This document shows, piece by piece, positions 48,379 to 59,996 of a DNA stretch of 64,000 bases. The notes under the pieces are model-generated. The model had not been told where the DNA came from, ran no database searches, and saw only the letters and a program-made list of their open reading frames with translations. The translations under genes were made by a program, and so were the position numbers. The stretch's first letter is position 1, and every line of letters starts with the position of its first letter. Origin of the DNA: Polyangiaceae bacterium (GTDB lineage: Bacteria > Myxococcota_A > Polyangia > Polyangiales > Polyangiaceae); assembly GCA_033763455.1 (NCBI GenBank), contig JANRKO010000006.1:678986-742985 (forward strand), given 5' to 3'.

Positions 48379-48698
48379 GTCGCACCGGGGTGTTTCTCAC
48401 CCTATGGACTTTGGCCGTTCTCGCGGCGACGAGCGCGTTTGTTTTGTTCCTAGCGTTACGCGTCAATTCTATTGAGATTGGCTACGAGCTCGGGCGTGTG
48501 CACACGAAGGTGGCGCGTTTGAGGGAAGTGAAGCGAGTTTTGGAGCTGGAGCTGGCAAGCCAAAAGACGCCCGAACGCATTGAGTTTGTGGCACGCGCTC
48601 TCTTTGACATGAGTCCGCCCGAACCGAGCCGATTGATCGCTGCTGGGCCCGAGCCCGTGGATGAAGCTGAGGCTGCGGGAGAAGGTAACGAGCCATGA
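48375..48698 (+). CDS. ftsL: Cell division protein FtsL
   Basis: Single TM helix plus coiled coil, 'PERIE..AR', located between rsmH and ftsI. Confidence 0.8.
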   Translation: MSRTGVFLTLWTLAVLAATSAFVLFLALRVNSIEIGYELGRVHTKVARLREVKRVLELELASQKTPERIEFVARALFDMSPPEPSRLIAAGPEPVDEAEAAGEGNEP

Positions 48699-50773
48699 AC
48701 AGCTTGAAGGGTGAGCGCGGCAAAGGCGTACGCCTTCGCATGGGTATTGTTTGTGGCATGATGGCCTTGGGTCTTGGGCTCATCGTGTCCGCCGCCTCAG
48801 AGCTGATGTTGGTTGATGGCGTGCGTTGGCGGGAGATGGCCGAGCAGCAGCGGCAGCGCAAGCTCAATATCATTCCTAAACGTGGGACCATTTACGATAG
48901 AAATGGCAGTGCACTCGCCATCAGCGTGGAAGTTCCTAGCGTAAGCCTGGACGCGTACGAGTTACTCCACAATGTCGAGCCGGCGGACGTGCCAGCCGTT
49001 GCGCGTGAAGCAGCCAATCGTATCGCCTCCGCGCTCTCGCTTAACCCTGCCGATGTGGAGGGCAAGATCCTCCAGCGGCGACGTTTCATCTGGCTAAAGC
49101 GTCGGATCTCGAGTGACGAAGTCTTGGCGATGCAGCGTCTTTCCGCGCCTGAGCCAGGCGGTGCACCGAAGCTTCGTGGGATCTTGATCGAGCCCGATCC
49201 GCGCAGGTTCTATCCCCGTCGGGAGTTGGCTGGCCCAATGTTGGGCTTCGTGGCTCCTGATGGCAAAGGCAAAGACGGAGTGGAGTATCGGTTAAACGCC
49301 GATCTCGAAGGCAGCACAGATAGCCTCCGAGGCCTAAGAGATCGGGCGGGGCGTCTGATTTTCGCCGATGGCATGAGTGATGATCGTGCGTTGGCAGGCA
49401 ACCACGTGTACCTGAGCATTGACCAGCGCATTCAATACGTGGCTGAGCGTGAACTTGCCAACACCGCTCGGACTTTCGAGGCCAGAGGGGGCTCGGTAGT
49501 AGTGGTGCGGCCGAAGACGGGGGAGATCTTGGCGCTAGCCAGTTGGCCCGGGTACAACCCGAATGATTACCGCGAAAGCGGCGCTGAAACTCGAAGGGAT
49601 CGCAGCACGGTGGACGTGTTCGAGCCTGGGTCCACCATGAAGATCTTCACGGTGGCAGCGGCTCTGGAAGGGAACGCCATCACACCCACGCAAAAGCTCT
49701 ATTGCGAGAAGGGGAGTATGCGGATCGACAACATTACCATTCGCGATACGCATCCCTCTGAATGGCTCTCGATTGCCCAAGTACTAGCGCAATCTTCGAA
49801 CATTTGTGCGGCCAAAATCGGCCTCAGTTTGGGCTCTGAGAAGCTTTACGACGCGCTCCGAAGCTTTGGCTTCGGGCAGGAAACAGGCATAGAATTGGCC
49901 GGGGAATCTTCGGGCACCCTGCGACCTCGCGGGCGTCCTTGGGTACAAGTAGAGACCGCCTCTGCTTCCTTTGGGCAGGGCATTGGTATCACCAATTTGC
50001 AGATGGCGATGGCCGCGTCGGCAATTGCGAACGGTGGGCTCTTGATGGACCCCATCATTGTTCAGAAGGTAACAACTGCTTCGGGTGAAGTAGTGCGTGA
50101 GGCTTCACCGAAGGTTCGGCGAAGGGTAGTGTCGCGCCGCGTTGCCCGTGAGATGGCCGAGCTCTTAGTGTCGGTGACGGAAGACTCGGGTACGGGGCTT
50201 GAGGCAGCGATCCCCGGTTATCAAGTGGCAGGCAAGACCGCGACCGCACAGAAGACGGATCCGAAGACTGGTCAATATTCACTCGACTACTACGTAGGGT
50301 CCTTCGTTGGGTTTGTGCCGGCGTTCGATCCCGACGTGGTTGTCAGCGTGATGGTGGACGAGCCGATGTTGGAGCATGCGGGCGGAGCTGTCGCCGCGCC
50401 GATCTTCCGGCGCGTGTCACAGGCTGTGTTGGAGTGGGAAGGCTCCACGCCCAAAGGTACGCAAACGGCAGATCTTGCAGCGCTCGCGCGCACGCCTGAT
50501 GCCGCAAATATTACTTACGATTTGATTCACAAGGCTCAGGGCGGCAAGCCCGCGGTGCAAGAAGTCGCGGCCACCGCAGTTGTCCCCAAAGGGCGCGTTC
50601 GAGTTCCAGATATGACGGGCTGGCCGATGCGGCGGGCACTTGTGCAAGCGCGTGAGATCCAGGTGGCGCCCAAAGTCGTAGGCACGGGGTTGATTGCTCG
50701 GCAGGTGCCGGCCCCGGGCGAGATCGTGGATGTCGGGGCCTCCATCGTTCTTTACTTTGAACCCGCCTCTTGA
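48695..50773 (+). CDS. ftsI: Division transpeptidase PBP3 with C-terminal PASTA domain
   Basis: RGTIYDRNG, EPGSTMK (SxxK), SSN, AGKTATAQK; VPDMTG..PASTA tail. Confidence 0.95.
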   Translation: MNSLKGERGKGVRLRMGIVCGMMALGLGLIVSAASELMLVDGVRWREMAEQQRQRKLNIIPKRGTIYDRNGSALAISVEVPSVSLDAYELLHNVEPADVPAVAREAANRIASALSLNPADVEGKILQRRRFIWLKRRISSDEVLAMQRLSAPEPGGAPKLRGILIEPDPRRFYPRRELAGPMLGFVAPDGKGKDGVEYRLNADLEGSTDSLRGLRDRAGRLIFADGMSDDRALAGNHVYLSIDQRIQYVAERELANTARTFEARGGSVVVVRPKTGEILALASWPGYNPNDYRESGAETRRDRSTVDVFEPGSTMKIFTVAAALEGNAITPTQKLYCEKGSMRIDNITIRDTHPSEWLSIAQVLAQSSNICAAKIGLSLGSEKLYDALRSFGFGQETGIELAGESSGTLRPRGRPWVQVETASASFGQGIGITNLQMAMAASAIANGGLLMDPIIVQKVTTASGEVVREASPKVRRRVVSRRVAREMAELLVSVTEDSGTGLEAAIPGYQVAGKTATAQKTDPKTGQYSLDYYVGSFVGFVPAFDPDVVVSVMVDEPMLEHAGGAVAAPIFRRVSQAVLEWEGSTPKGTQTADLAALARTPDAANITYDLIHKAQGGKPAVQEVAATAVVPKGRVRVPDMTGWPMRRALVQAREIQVAPKVVGTGLIARQVPAPGEIVDVGASIVLYFEPAS

Positions 50774-50780
50774 GTGGTAG

Positions 50781-52295
50781 ATGGTGGTGACGGCCCTTCC
50801 TGTGTCTCTCGTGAACCTGGGTGACGTCGTGGACGCGCTTGGAAAACGCGTGGTCAGGTTGGTGGGCGATCGGTCGCTTCCCGTGTCTGGTTTGTCGCAG
50901 GATTCGCGGAGAGTGCTGGCTGGGGAAATTTTCGCCGCTCGCACAGGCAAAGCTCAAAGTGGCCTCAAGTATTTGGACGCAGCGCTCGCCAGGGGGGCTG
51001 TCGCATTGTTGGTGGAGGCCGGCAACGTAACCCGAGAACTTCAGATCCCAGTGGTCGAAGTCGACGATATCGAAGGAGCGATCGCGGCCGGGGCGGAAGC
51101 AGCCTTTGGCTTTCCAAGTAAAAAGCTGCAGACGATTGGTATCACGGGCACCAACGGCAAGACCACCAGTACCTGGCTCGTCCAGCAAGCATTGGTCGGT
51201 GCCGGAAAGATGTGCGCAAGCCTAGGAACCTTGGGGTTCAACTTTCAGGGTGTTTCCGAAGACACAGGCCTTACGACGCCCGAGGCCGATGCCATTTGTC
51301 GTTTTGAGAAAGAAGCGTTAACGCGTGGCGCTACTCATTTTGCCATGGAAGTTTCAAGCCACGCTCTCGTTCAACAACGCGTAGAAGGAAAACACTTCAG
51401 CGTTGCGGCTTTTACGAATTTGACCCAAGATCACTTGGATTTTCACGGATCCATGGAGAGCTACTTTCTCGCCAAAGCGCGACTGTTCACGGATTTCGGC
51501 GTCGAGGTAAGTGTGATTCACACCGAGCACGAGTGGGGCAAACGGCTCGCTCGCATGGCCACCGGGAGGGTCCTCAGCATTGGGGACGGCGCGGGGGCAA
51601 ATGTGAAAGTGCGGCAGTTCGAGCTTGGGCCGAGGGGCCTTTCTGCCACGGTCTCATTTCCCTCAGGGCTCGTCGATCTTGTGGCGCCGCTTACCGGTAA
51701 ACACAACCTTGAGAACTGCCTTACGGCGCTTTCGGTGGTGGAGGCACTGGGGTTAGATGTGCGGGCGGCGGCAACGGCGCTCCAAAACATGCCCCAGGTA
51801 CCGGGGCGAATGGAGCGCTGCGATGCTCCCGAAGATGACATCGCCGTGATTGTCGACTACGCGCACACGCCCGATGCTCTTTGCCGGGCACTCAGTGCTT
51901 CACGCGAGCTCACTTCAGGCCGGCTGATCTGTGTGTTCGGCTGCGGCGGGGATCGTGACGCCGCAAAACGCCCCCTGATGGGTGAGAGTGTGCGAGCCTT
52001 GGCCGATTTTGCGTTCATCACCAACGACAATCCGCGTTCGGAATCACCCCAGCAAATCGCACGAGCCATTGAAGCTGCGTTCGCGGGTGATGCAGCCCGA
52101 TACTCGGTGGTCCTCGATCGCTCTTGCGCGATAAGTGATGCCATCCTTGGCGCAGCACCGGGAGATGTGGTGGTGATCGCTGGAAAGGGCCATGAATCGT
52201 ACCAGATCATCGGCTCAGTTCGTTCAGACTTTGACGACCGCGCGGAGGCGAAGCGAGCGTTGTCCACTAGGCGGGCGGCACGGAGGCAGAGCTAG
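50781..52295 (+). CDS. murE: UDP-MurNAc-Ala-Glu:meso-DAP ligase
   Basis: GITGTNGKTT, MEVSSH, FTNLTQDHLDFH, VDYAHTPD, DNPR (DAP-specific), AGKGHE. Confidence 0.97.
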   Translation: MVVTALPVSLVNLGDVVDALGKRVVRLVGDRSLPVSGLSQDSRRVLAGEIFAARTGKAQSGLKYLDAALARGAVALLVEAGNVTRELQIPVVEVDDIEGAIAAGAEAAFGFPSKKLQTIGITGTNGKTTSTWLVQQALVGAGKMCASLGTLGFNFQGVSEDTGLTTPEADAICRFEKEALTRGATHFAMEVSSHALVQQRVEGKHFSVAAFTNLTQDHLDFHGSMESYFLAKARLFTDFGVEVSVIHTEHEWGKRLARMATGRVLSIGDGAGANVKVRQFELGPRGLSATVSFPSGLVDLVAPLTGKHNLENCLTALSVVEALGLDVRAAATALQNMPQVPGRMERCDAPEDDIAVIVDYAHTPDALCRALSASRELTSGRLICVFGCGGDRDAAKRPLMGESVRALADFAFITNDNPRSESPQQIARAIEAAFAGDAARYSVVLDRSCAISDAILGAAPGDVVVIAGKGHESYQIIGSVRSDFDDRAEAKRALSTRRAARRQS

Positions 52296-53737
52296 TGGCG
52301 TCGGTCATCCCATATAACACGGCGAACTTTAGGGGTCAGGAAGTGGCGGACGTAACTGCTGCGACCGTTGCTACCTCCGAGCTTTTTGATTCGCACTTCA
52401 CGGGTATCACCACCGACAGTCGCGGAGATCTCGGTGGGAAGTTGTTCGTGGCGTTAAGGGGAGAACGCTTTGACGGGCACGATTACGCGGAGAAGGCCCT
52501 GGCCCAAGGGGCACTTGCGGTTTTGGCTGAACGCGGCAAGTGGGTGACTTCTGACAGCCGCGTCTTTTGGGTTGATGACACGCTGCGCGCACTCGGGGCA
52601 TTGGCCGCGTTTCATAGAAAACGCTGGAATGGGCGCGTCGTTGCTGTTGCTGGTTCGGCGGGCAAGACGACGACACGATCTGCCATCACGCGTTTGCTGA
52701 AACAATTGTTGCCCTCCGAAAGTGTGTGGTCTCCGCCTGGAAACCTCAATAATCGCATTGGCGTTCCCATGGTCTTACTTGGGCTTACGGCGCAACATCA
52801 CATCGCGGTTGTCGAGATCGGTACCAACATGGCAGGCGAGGTGGCAATGCTCACTCGCATCGCCAGCCCGAATGTTGGCGTCCTCACGCTCATCGAGCTC
52901 GAACACACGGAGGGCCTCATCGATCTTGCCGGTGTCGAAGCTGAGGAGGGAGCGCTCTTCGCAGAACTTAGTCCCTCCGGCATCGCGGTTGGGAATCTGG
53001 ATGACCCCCGGGTGGAGCGCCTGCTCGCCGGCTCCCATGCGATCGTAAAGTTGGGCTACGGCAGCGGCGCTGCGGATTACGCGATTGTTCAGCGCGAGGT
53101 GCTGAACGCTTCCCATACGCACGTTACCCTCCGACGCCCCCATGGCGTCGAGCCTTTGGGTTTTCGAGCAGCTCTTCCCGGGCGTGCGGGGGCGCTAGCT
53201 GCAGCATGTGCCGTGGCTGTCGCAGAATCGACAGTGGGCCGCTCCTTGAGCACTTCTGAGGTGGAAGCCGCGCTTGGAAGTGCGGTAGGTGAAGCGGGTC
53301 GCCTGTGTCCGATTGAACTCAAGGACGGAACCTTAGTGATAGACGATACCTACAACTCCAATCCGGGCAGCCTTATAAGTTCGCTCGAATGCGCTGAAGA
53401 GCTTGCCGCTCAACGCAAAGCCCGCTTGCTGCTCGTGGTGGGCGAAATGCGCGAGCTTGGTGCGCTTGCCGAAAGTGAACATGATCGCCTGGGTGAACGC
53501 CTAGGTGCCAGTGGCGCGGCTTATCTGTTGGCAATCGGTGGTGAAAGCCGCCGCTTTGTTGAGCCAGCCAGGCGGCGGGGCATGCAAGCGGACTTTGTTG
53601 CTTCTTCGGAGCATGCGGTTGAGAAGGTGAATCAAGAGCTGCGTGGGGGTGACGTTGTCTTGGTGAAAGCTTCGCGTGGCGTACGTGCCGAATTGGTTGT
53701 TGAGGGGATTTTGCAACGCATCGGGCGCGCGACATGA
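52295..53737 (+). CDS. murF: UDP-MurNAc-tripeptide:D-Ala-D-Ala ligase
   Basis: [56 protein letters not shown]. Confidence 0.96.
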   Translation: MASVIPYNTANFRGQEVADVTAATVATSELFDSHFTGITTDSRGDLGGKLFVALRGERFDGHDYAEKALAQGALAVLAERGKWVTSDSRVFWVDDTLRALGALAAFHRKRWNGRVVAVAGSAGKTTTRSAITRLLKQLLPSESVWSPPGNLNNRIGVPMVLLGLTAQHHIAVVEIGTNMAGEVAMLTRIASPNVGVLTLIELEHTEGLIDLAGVEAEEGALFAELSPSGIAVGNLDDPRVERLLAGSHAIVKLGYGSGAADYAIVQREVLNASHTHVTLRRPHGVEPLGFRAALPGRAGALAAACAVAVAESTVGRSLSTSEVEAALGSAVGEAGRLCPIELKDGTLVIDDTYNSNPGSLISSLECAEELAAQRKARLLLVVGEMRELGALAESEHDRLGERLGASGAAYLLAIGGESRRFVEPARRRGMQADFVASSEHAVEKVNQELRGGDVVLVKASRGVRAELVVEGILQRIGRAT

Positions 53738-54855
53738 TTTATCAGCTGCTTTATCCCTTCCGCGACTCGTTCGGTGCGCTCAATGTGCTCCGCTACACAT
53801 CCTTTCGCGCCATCATGGCGATTATTACCGCGATGCTCATGAGCTTCCTGGTGACACCTTGGTTCATCAAGAAGCTGCGCGGTAAGCAAATCAGCCAAAT
53901 TATCCGAGAAGAGGGCCCAGCCTCGCATTTTGCCAAGCGTGGCACGCCGACGATGGGGGGCGCATTGATCTTAGTTTCAGTGCTTGTTCCGACTGCGCTT
54001 TGGGCGGAGCTGCACAACTCGTTTGTGATCGCCACAACCGCGGTAACTGCCGGCTATGGTGCCATTGGGTTCCTTGACGATCGCATGAAGCTGGAAGGCA
54101 AGAGCAGTAAGGGGCTCGCGGGGCGCTACAAGCTTATTGGGCAGTTTCTCATCGCGGGGCTCGCGATCGCGTTTCTGTTTATCAATTCAAAAGATTTGCC
54201 CCAGGCGTGGGTAGATATGCGGGATCGCCTGTCTATCCCGTTCGTGGCATTTTCCAAGCATCCCGTCACGCTCCCGCTTTGGCTGTACATCGCATTCGCG
54301 CTGTTCGTTGTGGTGGGAACCAGCAATGCGGTGAATCTCACTGATGGGCTCGATGGGTTGGCTATTGGCCCTGTGATGATCAGCGCCGCAACGTACAGCA
54401 TTTGGGCGTATGTTGCGGGTGGCGTGCTTTTCGGGCGGCCGCTCGCGAGCTACTTGGATATCGCGGGGCTGCCCGAGATGGGGGAGCTTGCTATTTACGG
54501 GGCTGCCGTAGTTGGCGCGGGCATAGGTTTCCTTTGGTACAACACCTATCCGGCTCAGGTATTCATGGGGGACGTGGGGTCGCTCGCTTTGGGCGGCGGC
54601 CTGGGCATGATGGCGGTGCTCACCAAGAACGAGCTCTTAAGTGTGCTTTTGGGTGGTGTGTTTTTTGTCGAAGCCGTGAGCGTTATCACCCAGGTAATTT
54701 CGTTCAAGCTGTTCAAGAAGCGCGTTTTTCTGATGGCTCCGATCCATCATCACTTCGAGAAGAAGGGTTGGCCTGAACCGCGCATCATCGTAAGGTTTTG
54801 GATCATCAGTATTCTCCTGGCTTTGGTCGCACTTTCTTCCTTGAAGGTACGGTGA
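53734..54855 (+). CDS. mraY: Phospho-N-acetylmuramoyl-pentapeptide transferase
   Basis: [47 protein letters not shown]. Confidence 0.98.
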   Translation: MIYQLLYPFRDSFGALNVLRYTSFRAIMAIITAMLMSFLVTPWFIKKLRGKQISQIIREEGPASHFAKRGTPTMGGALILVSVLVPTALWAELHNSFVIATTAVTAGYGAIGFLDDRMKLEGKSSKGLAGRYKLIGQFLIAGLAIAFLFINSKDLPQAWVDMRDRLSIPFVAFSKHPVTLPLWLYIAFALFVVVGTSNAVNLTDGLDGLAIGPVMISAATYSIWAYVAGGVLFGRPLASYLDIAGLPEMGELAIYGAAVVGAGIGFLWYNTYPAQVFMGDVGSLALGGGLGMMAVLTKNELLSVLLGGVFFVEAVSVITQVISFKLFKKRVFLMAPIHHHFEKKGWPEPRIIVRFWIISILLALVALSSLKVR

Positions 54856-56183
54856 TGGAGCTCCACGGTAAGCAAGTGGTGGTGGTGGGGCTTGGGAAAA
54901 GCGGTACAGCTGCGGCCAGGTTGTGCCTTGCCCACGGTGCCAATGTTGTGGGCACAGATTCGAGCACCGAAGCGTCCATTTCTCCAGAAGCAAAAGTACT
55001 TGGAATTCCACTTTGCTTAGGTGGGCATGATGCCGTGGATTTTGCCGGTGCCGATTTGGTGGTTGTTTCCCCAGGCGTGCCGAATTTCGAGCGTTTGATC
55101 GCTGCGGAGCAGGCGGGCGTGGAAGTGATCGGCGAGCTTGAGCTCGCGGCACGTTTTGTTGCTGCGCCGATTCTGTTGGTGGGCGGCACCAATGGAAAGA
55201 GCACCACGGTCACCTTGCTGGGTGATCTGTTGAAAGCCGCAGGCAAGCACATCTTTCTAGGCGGAAACCTCGGCACTCCGGCGGCCGAGGCGGCGGGCCT
55301 CGCCTGGGACTACGTGGTGTACGAGATCTCAAGCTTCCAAGCTGAACGTGTTCCCAAGCTCAAACCGAAGGTAAGCGTGCTGCTCAACATCACTGACGAT
55401 CACCTGGATCGCTACCAGGGGTTCAAGGAGTACGCGTCGGCCAAGGGCAATGTATTTGTGAACCAAGGCCCAGAAGATGTGGCGATTATCCCGAGCGGTG
55501 ATCCCGAATGTGCGGCACAAGCTAACCGAGGGCACGGGCGCCAGATCTCATTTGGTGAAGATGGGCAATACCGCGTGAGGGGGCGGGCCGTATTCGAGGT
55601 AAGCACCAAAGAGCGATTTGAGCTTTCTGGTAGCAAGCTTTTCGGGCGTCCCAATTTGCTGAATGCAAGCGCCGCGATTGCTGCTGCTCGCGCGGTAGGG
55701 GTGCCTCGGGCGGCCATTGAACAAGGGTTGTTGGATTTTGTCCCACTCGCACACCGTATGGCCTTTGTTCGGGAAGTGGCGGGGGTGCGTTACTACGACG
55801 ACTCGAAAGCCACGAACGTTGGCGCGGCGGTCACCGCCCTTACGGGTATCGAGGAGGAGCGAGCTGTGCTGATAGCCGGCGGCCGCGACAAGCTCGGTTC
55901 GTATGCGCCGTTGGCGGACGCACTCGAAGCGAAGGGGCGAGCGTTGGTGGTGATGGGTGAAGCCAAGCAAGCCATCATGGATGCAGTTGGCAATCGAGTC
56001 CCGGTGTATCAAGCCGGTTCCATGAACGAAGCGGTAGAGTTGGCTGCCCACGTGGCCCAAACGGGAGATGCGGTGCTTATGAGCCCCGCGTGTTCAAGCT
56101 TTGACATGTTCAAGAGTTATGCTCACCGCGGGGATTGTTTTCAGGAAGCGGTGAGAGCGCTCAGCGAAAGGAAATCACTATGA
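54855..56183 (+). CDS. murD: UDP-MurNAc-L-Ala:D-Glu ligase
   Basis: GLGKSG, VSPGVP, GTNGKST, EISSFQ, DHLDRY, DDSKATN, SPACSSFDMF. Confidence 0.97.
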   Translation: MELHGKQVVVVGLGKSGTAAARLCLAHGANVVGTDSSTEASISPEAKVLGIPLCLGGHDAVDFAGADLVVVSPGVPNFERLIAAEQAGVEVIGELELAARFVAAPILLVGGTNGKSTTVTLLGDLLKAAGKHIFLGGNLGTPAAEAAGLAWDYVVYEISSFQAERVPKLKPKVSVLLNITDDHLDRYQGFKEYASAKGNVFVNQGPEDVAIIPSGDPECAAQANRGHGRQISFGEDGQYRVRGRAVFEVSTKERFELSGSKLFGRPNLLNASAAIAAARAVGVPRAAIEQGLLDFVPLAHRMAFVREVAGVRYYDDSKATNVGAAVTALTGIEEERAVLIAGGRDKLGSYAPLADALEAKGRALVVMGEAKQAIMDAVGNRVPVYQAGSMNEAVELAAHVAQTGDAVLMSPACSSFDMFKSYAHRGDCFQEAVRALSERKSL

Positions 56184-57412
56184 ACCTAGGTCGATTCATG
56201 CGGCGTTCGGGCTCCGTGGGTCCGGTGGACGCAGTGCTCGGAGCGGTTGTGATCGCGCTGCTCGGGTTCGGCGTAGTAATGGTGTTCAGTGCGAGCACCA
56301 TTGAAGCTACGGCGGTTTATCGAGATCCCCAATATTTCCTGAAGCGGCAGGGAATTTATGCGCTCGTAGCCCTTACGGTGATGCTGGTGGTTTCACGTAT
56401 TGATTACCACCGAGTGAAGCCCTTCACGTATCCTATCTTGGGTGTTGTAACGCTGCTCATGCTGCTCAGCGTGATCGGCTTTGGACACTCCGGTGGTGGA
56501 GCTGCGCGCTGGCTTGCTGTTGGCCCCGTACATATTCAGCCCTCTGAGATGGCCAAGCTCGCGCTCATCTTTTGGCTTGCCTATTCGCTTGAGAAAAAGC
56601 AAGAGCAGGTTAAATCCTTCTCGATTGGCATGTTGCCTCATCTACTGATGGCAGGTGGCCTCATGCTGCTCTGCCTGAAGCAGCCGGATTTTGGTGGAGC
56701 TTCGGTGCTCCTGTTCCTGACTTTCACGCTCTTGTTTGTGGCGGGCGTTCGTCTTGGATATTTGCTGGGAGCGGCCATGTTGGGTGCATCGTTTGCCGTG
56801 TGGGCTGTTCGGTTCACCTCTTATCGCTGGGAGCGCATGTTGGCTTGGTTCAACATGAACGAGCACCGGCAGGATCTGGCGTATCAGCCGTTTCAGTCCG
56901 TGATGAGCTTTGGATCAGGGCAATGGTCTGGCGTTGGCCTCGGCAAGGGTTTTCAGGCGCTATATTTGCCTGAGGCTCATACCGATTTCATCTCTGCGAT
57001 TATCGGTGAGGAGCTAGGGTTTCTGGGGATCCTCGGGCTCTCTTTGGTGTACTTGGTGATTGTTGGGCGCGGTGTGCGCACGGCGTTGCTCGCCGATGAT
57101 GATTATGGTTCGTACGTTGCCTTTGGGATCTCTGTGCTATTTGGGGTTCAGGCCCTCGTGAATCTTGCTGTGGCGATGGCCATCTTTCCCACCAAGGGGC
57201 TCACGCTACCGTTCATCAGCTACGGTGGGTCTTCGCTTCTGGTAAACGCAATGGCCGCGGGCGTGCTTTTGAATATCTCCCGGGTGCGTGGGCCAGCCAA
57301 TCGCAGGGTCGAGGCGCCTTTTGGGCCCGAGCCGGAGGCCAGCGCATTGGTAGCGTCCGGCGTAGGTTTCGGTGGTGTTTTCGGCAACTTCGGGCGGAAG
57401 GCGTCTCCATGA
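56180..57412 (+). CDS. ftsW: Septal peptidoglycan glycosyltransferase FtsW
   Basis: GAARWL, IQPSEMAK, QPDFG, YLPEAHTDFI, PTKGLTLPFISYGGSS. Confidence 0.96.
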   Translation: MNLGRFMRRSGSVGPVDAVLGAVVIALLGFGVVMVFSASTIEATAVYRDPQYFLKRQGIYALVALTVMLVVSRIDYHRVKPFTYPILGVVTLLMLLSVIGFGHSGGGAARWLAVGPVHIQPSEMAKLALIFWLAYSLEKKQEQVKSFSIGMLPHLLMAGGLMLLCLKQPDFGGASVLLFLTFTLLFVAGVRLGYLLGAAMLGASFAVWAVRFTSYRWERMLAWFNMNEHRQDLAYQPFQSVMSFGSGQWSGVGLGKGFQALYLPEAHTDFISAIIGEELGFLGILGLSLVYLVIVGRGVRTALLADDDYGSYVAFGISVLFGVQALVNLAVAMAIFPTKGLTLPFISYGGSSLLVNAMAAGVLLNISRVRGPANRRVEAPFGPEPEASALVASGVGFGGVFGNFGRKASP

Positions 57413-58599
57413 GCGAGGTGAACGGCGCCGCGGAGCTGGGTGGGGTCTTGTTTGCCGGAGGCGGCACAGGAGGGCACGTGTTCCCGATGGTCGCCGTGGC
57501 CGATGCCGTGAAGCGACTGGCGCACACAGCAATGGTGTTCGTCGGGACGGAACGCGGGTTGGAAGCAAAAGTGGTCCCTGCGCGGGGCTATCGCCTGCTG
57601 TATATGAAGGTTTTTCCGCTGCGAGGTGCCGGGGTATTCGGTGCAGCGAAAGGTTTTGCTCGTGCCGTGGGAGCCGTTGCGGAGGCGCGAGCGCTGCTTC
57701 TCGCTGAACGGCCGAGAGTCGTTTTCTCAGCTGGCGGCTATGCGGCTGGCCCTATTTCGTTAGCTGCTCGCTTGCTGGGCATTCCCGTGGCTTTGATGGA
57801 GCCCAACAGCGTTGCGGGGCTGGCAAATCGCCTCATGGCGCCGTTCGTGCAGCGTGCCTACACAGCATTTGAGCGAAGTGAGAAGCATTTTTCAGAGCTC
57901 GCCGTATTGCGAGCGGGCGTGCCCATCCGCGCAGGGTTTCATAGGGCGCCCTATCATACGCGTGGGCCCGAATCAGCGCTAAAGGTTTTGGTGTTGGGTG
58001 GTAGCCAGGGGGCGCGGACGCTGAACCAAGCGGTGCCCGAGGCTCTGGCTCGCTCCAAGCAAACGGTCCAAGTTCGCCACCAATGCGGCAAAGAGTCTGC
58101 ATCTGAAGTCGAAGCTCGGTACCGGGAGCTCGGCATGGCAGCACGAGCGAACGTCCTCTCTTTCATCGACGACATGCCGGAGGCTCTCGCCTGGGCCGAT
58201 TTAGTGATCAGCAGGTCCGGGGCTAGTGCTGTGAGTGAGATTTGCGCAGTCGGTAGGCCCAGCATCTTGGTGCCCTATCCGTTCGCCGCGGGCGATCACC
58301 AGCGTTACAATGCCGAAGCGCTTGAAGCTGCGGGGGCGGCGCTGTCGCTCTTGAATCAGCAGGCCACTTCTGACGCTCTCGTGCGAGCGCTTGATGGTAT
58401 CACGCAGGCGCCAGGCGCTCTTCCGCGGATGGCTGCGCGGGCGGCTCAGCTCGGGCGCCCGGAGGCAGCTTCGCGGATCGCACTTGATTTACTGCGGCTA
58501 GGGGGCATTCCCGTGGCGGAAGCGCCAGAAAACTTGGCAAGAGGCCCAGCAGAGCGCGACAACGGGGCACCCATGTTCAGGTTTTCGGAGGTTCACTGA
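57409..58599 (+). CDS. murG: Undecaprenyl-PP-MurNAc-pentapeptide GlcNAc transferase
   Basis: GGGTGGHVFP, GGY, EPNS..G.AN, GGSQGA, SRSGAS, HQ..NA. Confidence 0.97.
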   Translation: MSEVNGAAELGGVLFAGGGTGGHVFPMVAVADAVKRLAHTAMVFVGTERGLEAKVVPARGYRLLYMKVFPLRGAGVFGAAKGFARAVGAVAEARALLLAERPRVVFSAGGYAAGPISLAARLLGIPVALMEPNSVAGLANRLMAPFVQRAYTAFERSEKHFSELAVLRAGVPIRAGFHRAPYHTRGPESALKVLVLGGSQGARTLNQAVPEALARSKQTVQVRHQCGKESASEVEARYRELGMAARANVLSFIDDMPEALAWADLVISRSGASAVSEICAVGRPSILVPYPFAAGDHQRYNAEALEAAGAALSLLNQQATSDALVRALDGITQAPGALPRMAARAAQLGRPEAASRIALDLLRLGGIPVAEAPENLARGPAERDNGAPMFRFSEVH

Positions 58600-59996
58600 T
58601 GTTTCGCGGTCGCGTGCGGCATGTTCACTTTGTAGGCGTCGGCGGCATCGGCATGAGTGGGTTGGCGGAGATCCTAAGGACGTTGGAGTTTGATGTCTCC
58701 GGATCAGATCTGCGAGATGGCGAAAATGCCCGAGGGCTTCGGCGCTTGGGTGTTCGCATCGACATCGGACACGTAGCGACGAATGTGCACGGTGCGGACG
58801 TGGTGGTGTATTCGAGTGCCATCCAAAAGGAGAACCCGGAGCTCGTGGAAGCTCACGAGCTCGGCATTCCAGTGATCACTCGCGCGGAGATGCTCGCAGA
58901 GCTGATGCGCGTGAAGTACGGCATCGCCATCGCCGGGTCACACGGCAAGACCACCACTACTTCACTGGTAGCAACGGTGTTGCGAGAGGCCGGGCTAGAT
59001 CCCACGGTGGTGGTAGGCGGGCGGATGGCGTCGTTGGGCAGCAACGCACGCCTGGGTGCGGGGGACCTTCTGGTAGCAGAAGCGGACGAAAGCGATGGGT
59101 CATTTTTGCGGTTGGCACCAACGATCGCGGTGGTCACCAACATTGACCCTGAACATCTAGACTTTTACCGCGAATACAGCGTCCTCAAGGATGCCTTCGT
59201 CGAGTTCATCGAAAAGGTGCCGTTCTACGGGCTTGCTGTCTTGTGTCTGGACCACCCCGCGGTGCAAGAAATCCTGCCGCGTGTGGGTCGACGGCACGTA
59301 ACCTATGGTCTTTCTCCCCAGGCTCACTACTCAGCGAAGAACATCCGGTTCGAAGGCACTGTGACCGCCTTTTCTGCGTTTCGTCGTGGCGAGGAGCTCG
59401 GTGAGTTCGCTGTGCGAATGCCAGGCGAACACAATGTGCTAAACACGCTGGCAGCGATTGCGGTGGCGGATGAGTTAGAGGTGCCCTTCGATGTGGTGCG
59501 CCACGCTTTGGCAACATTCCATGGTGTTGCTAGGCGGTTTACCGTGGTGGCGAAGGTGGACGGTGTCACGCTCATCGACGACTACGGCCACCACCCGGCC
59601 GAGGTGCGAGCCACTTTGGCGGCGGCGCGCAATGCTTACACGGGGCGCGTGTTGGTGGCTTTTCAACCGCACCGCTTCTCGCGCACCCAACTCCTGTTCG
59701 AGGAGTTTACGCGGGCATTCAACCAAGCCGATATGCTCTGGCTGACGGACATCTATGCCGCCGGCGAAAAGCCAATTCCGGGAGTTACCTCAGAGAAGCT
59801 AGTCGAAAGTGTCACAGATCACGGCCACCAGCGGGCGCGTTACATCAGTGATAGAGAAACACTTGTCGCGGCTATCGTGGGCAAAGCTCGGCCAGGGGAC
59901 GTTGTCATCGCGCTCGGCGCTGGTGACATCAACAAGATCCTGGAACCCATTGCCCGAGGGCTCAAGGCGCGTGCCGGCGAAGGATCTACCTCGTGA
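58599..59996 (+). CDS. murC: UDP-MurNAc:L-Ala ligase
   Basis: HFVGVGGIGMSG, AGSHGKTTTT, EADESDGSF, DDYGHHP.E, FQPHR. Confidence 0.98.
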   Translation: MFRGRVRHVHFVGVGGIGMSGLAEILRTLEFDVSGSDLRDGENARGLRRLGVRIDIGHVATNVHGADVVVYSSAIQKENPELVEAHELGIPVITRAEMLAELMRVKYGIAIAGSHGKTTTTSLVATVLREAGLDPTVVVGGRMASLGSNARLGAGDLLVAEADESDGSFLRLAPTIAVVTNIDPEHLDFYREYSVLKDAFVEFIEKVPFYGLAVLCLDHPAVQEILPRVGRRHVTYGLSPQAHYSAKNIRFEGTVTAFSAFRRGEELGEFAVRMPGEHNVLNTLAAIAVADELEVPFDVVRHALATFHGVARRFTVVAKVDGVTLIDDYGHHPAEVRATLAAARNAYTGRVLVAFQPHRFSRTQLLFEEFTRAFNQADMLWLTDIYAAGEKPIPGVTSEKLVESVTDHGHQRARYISDRETLVAAIVGKARPGDVVIALGAGDINKILEPIARGLKARAGEGSTS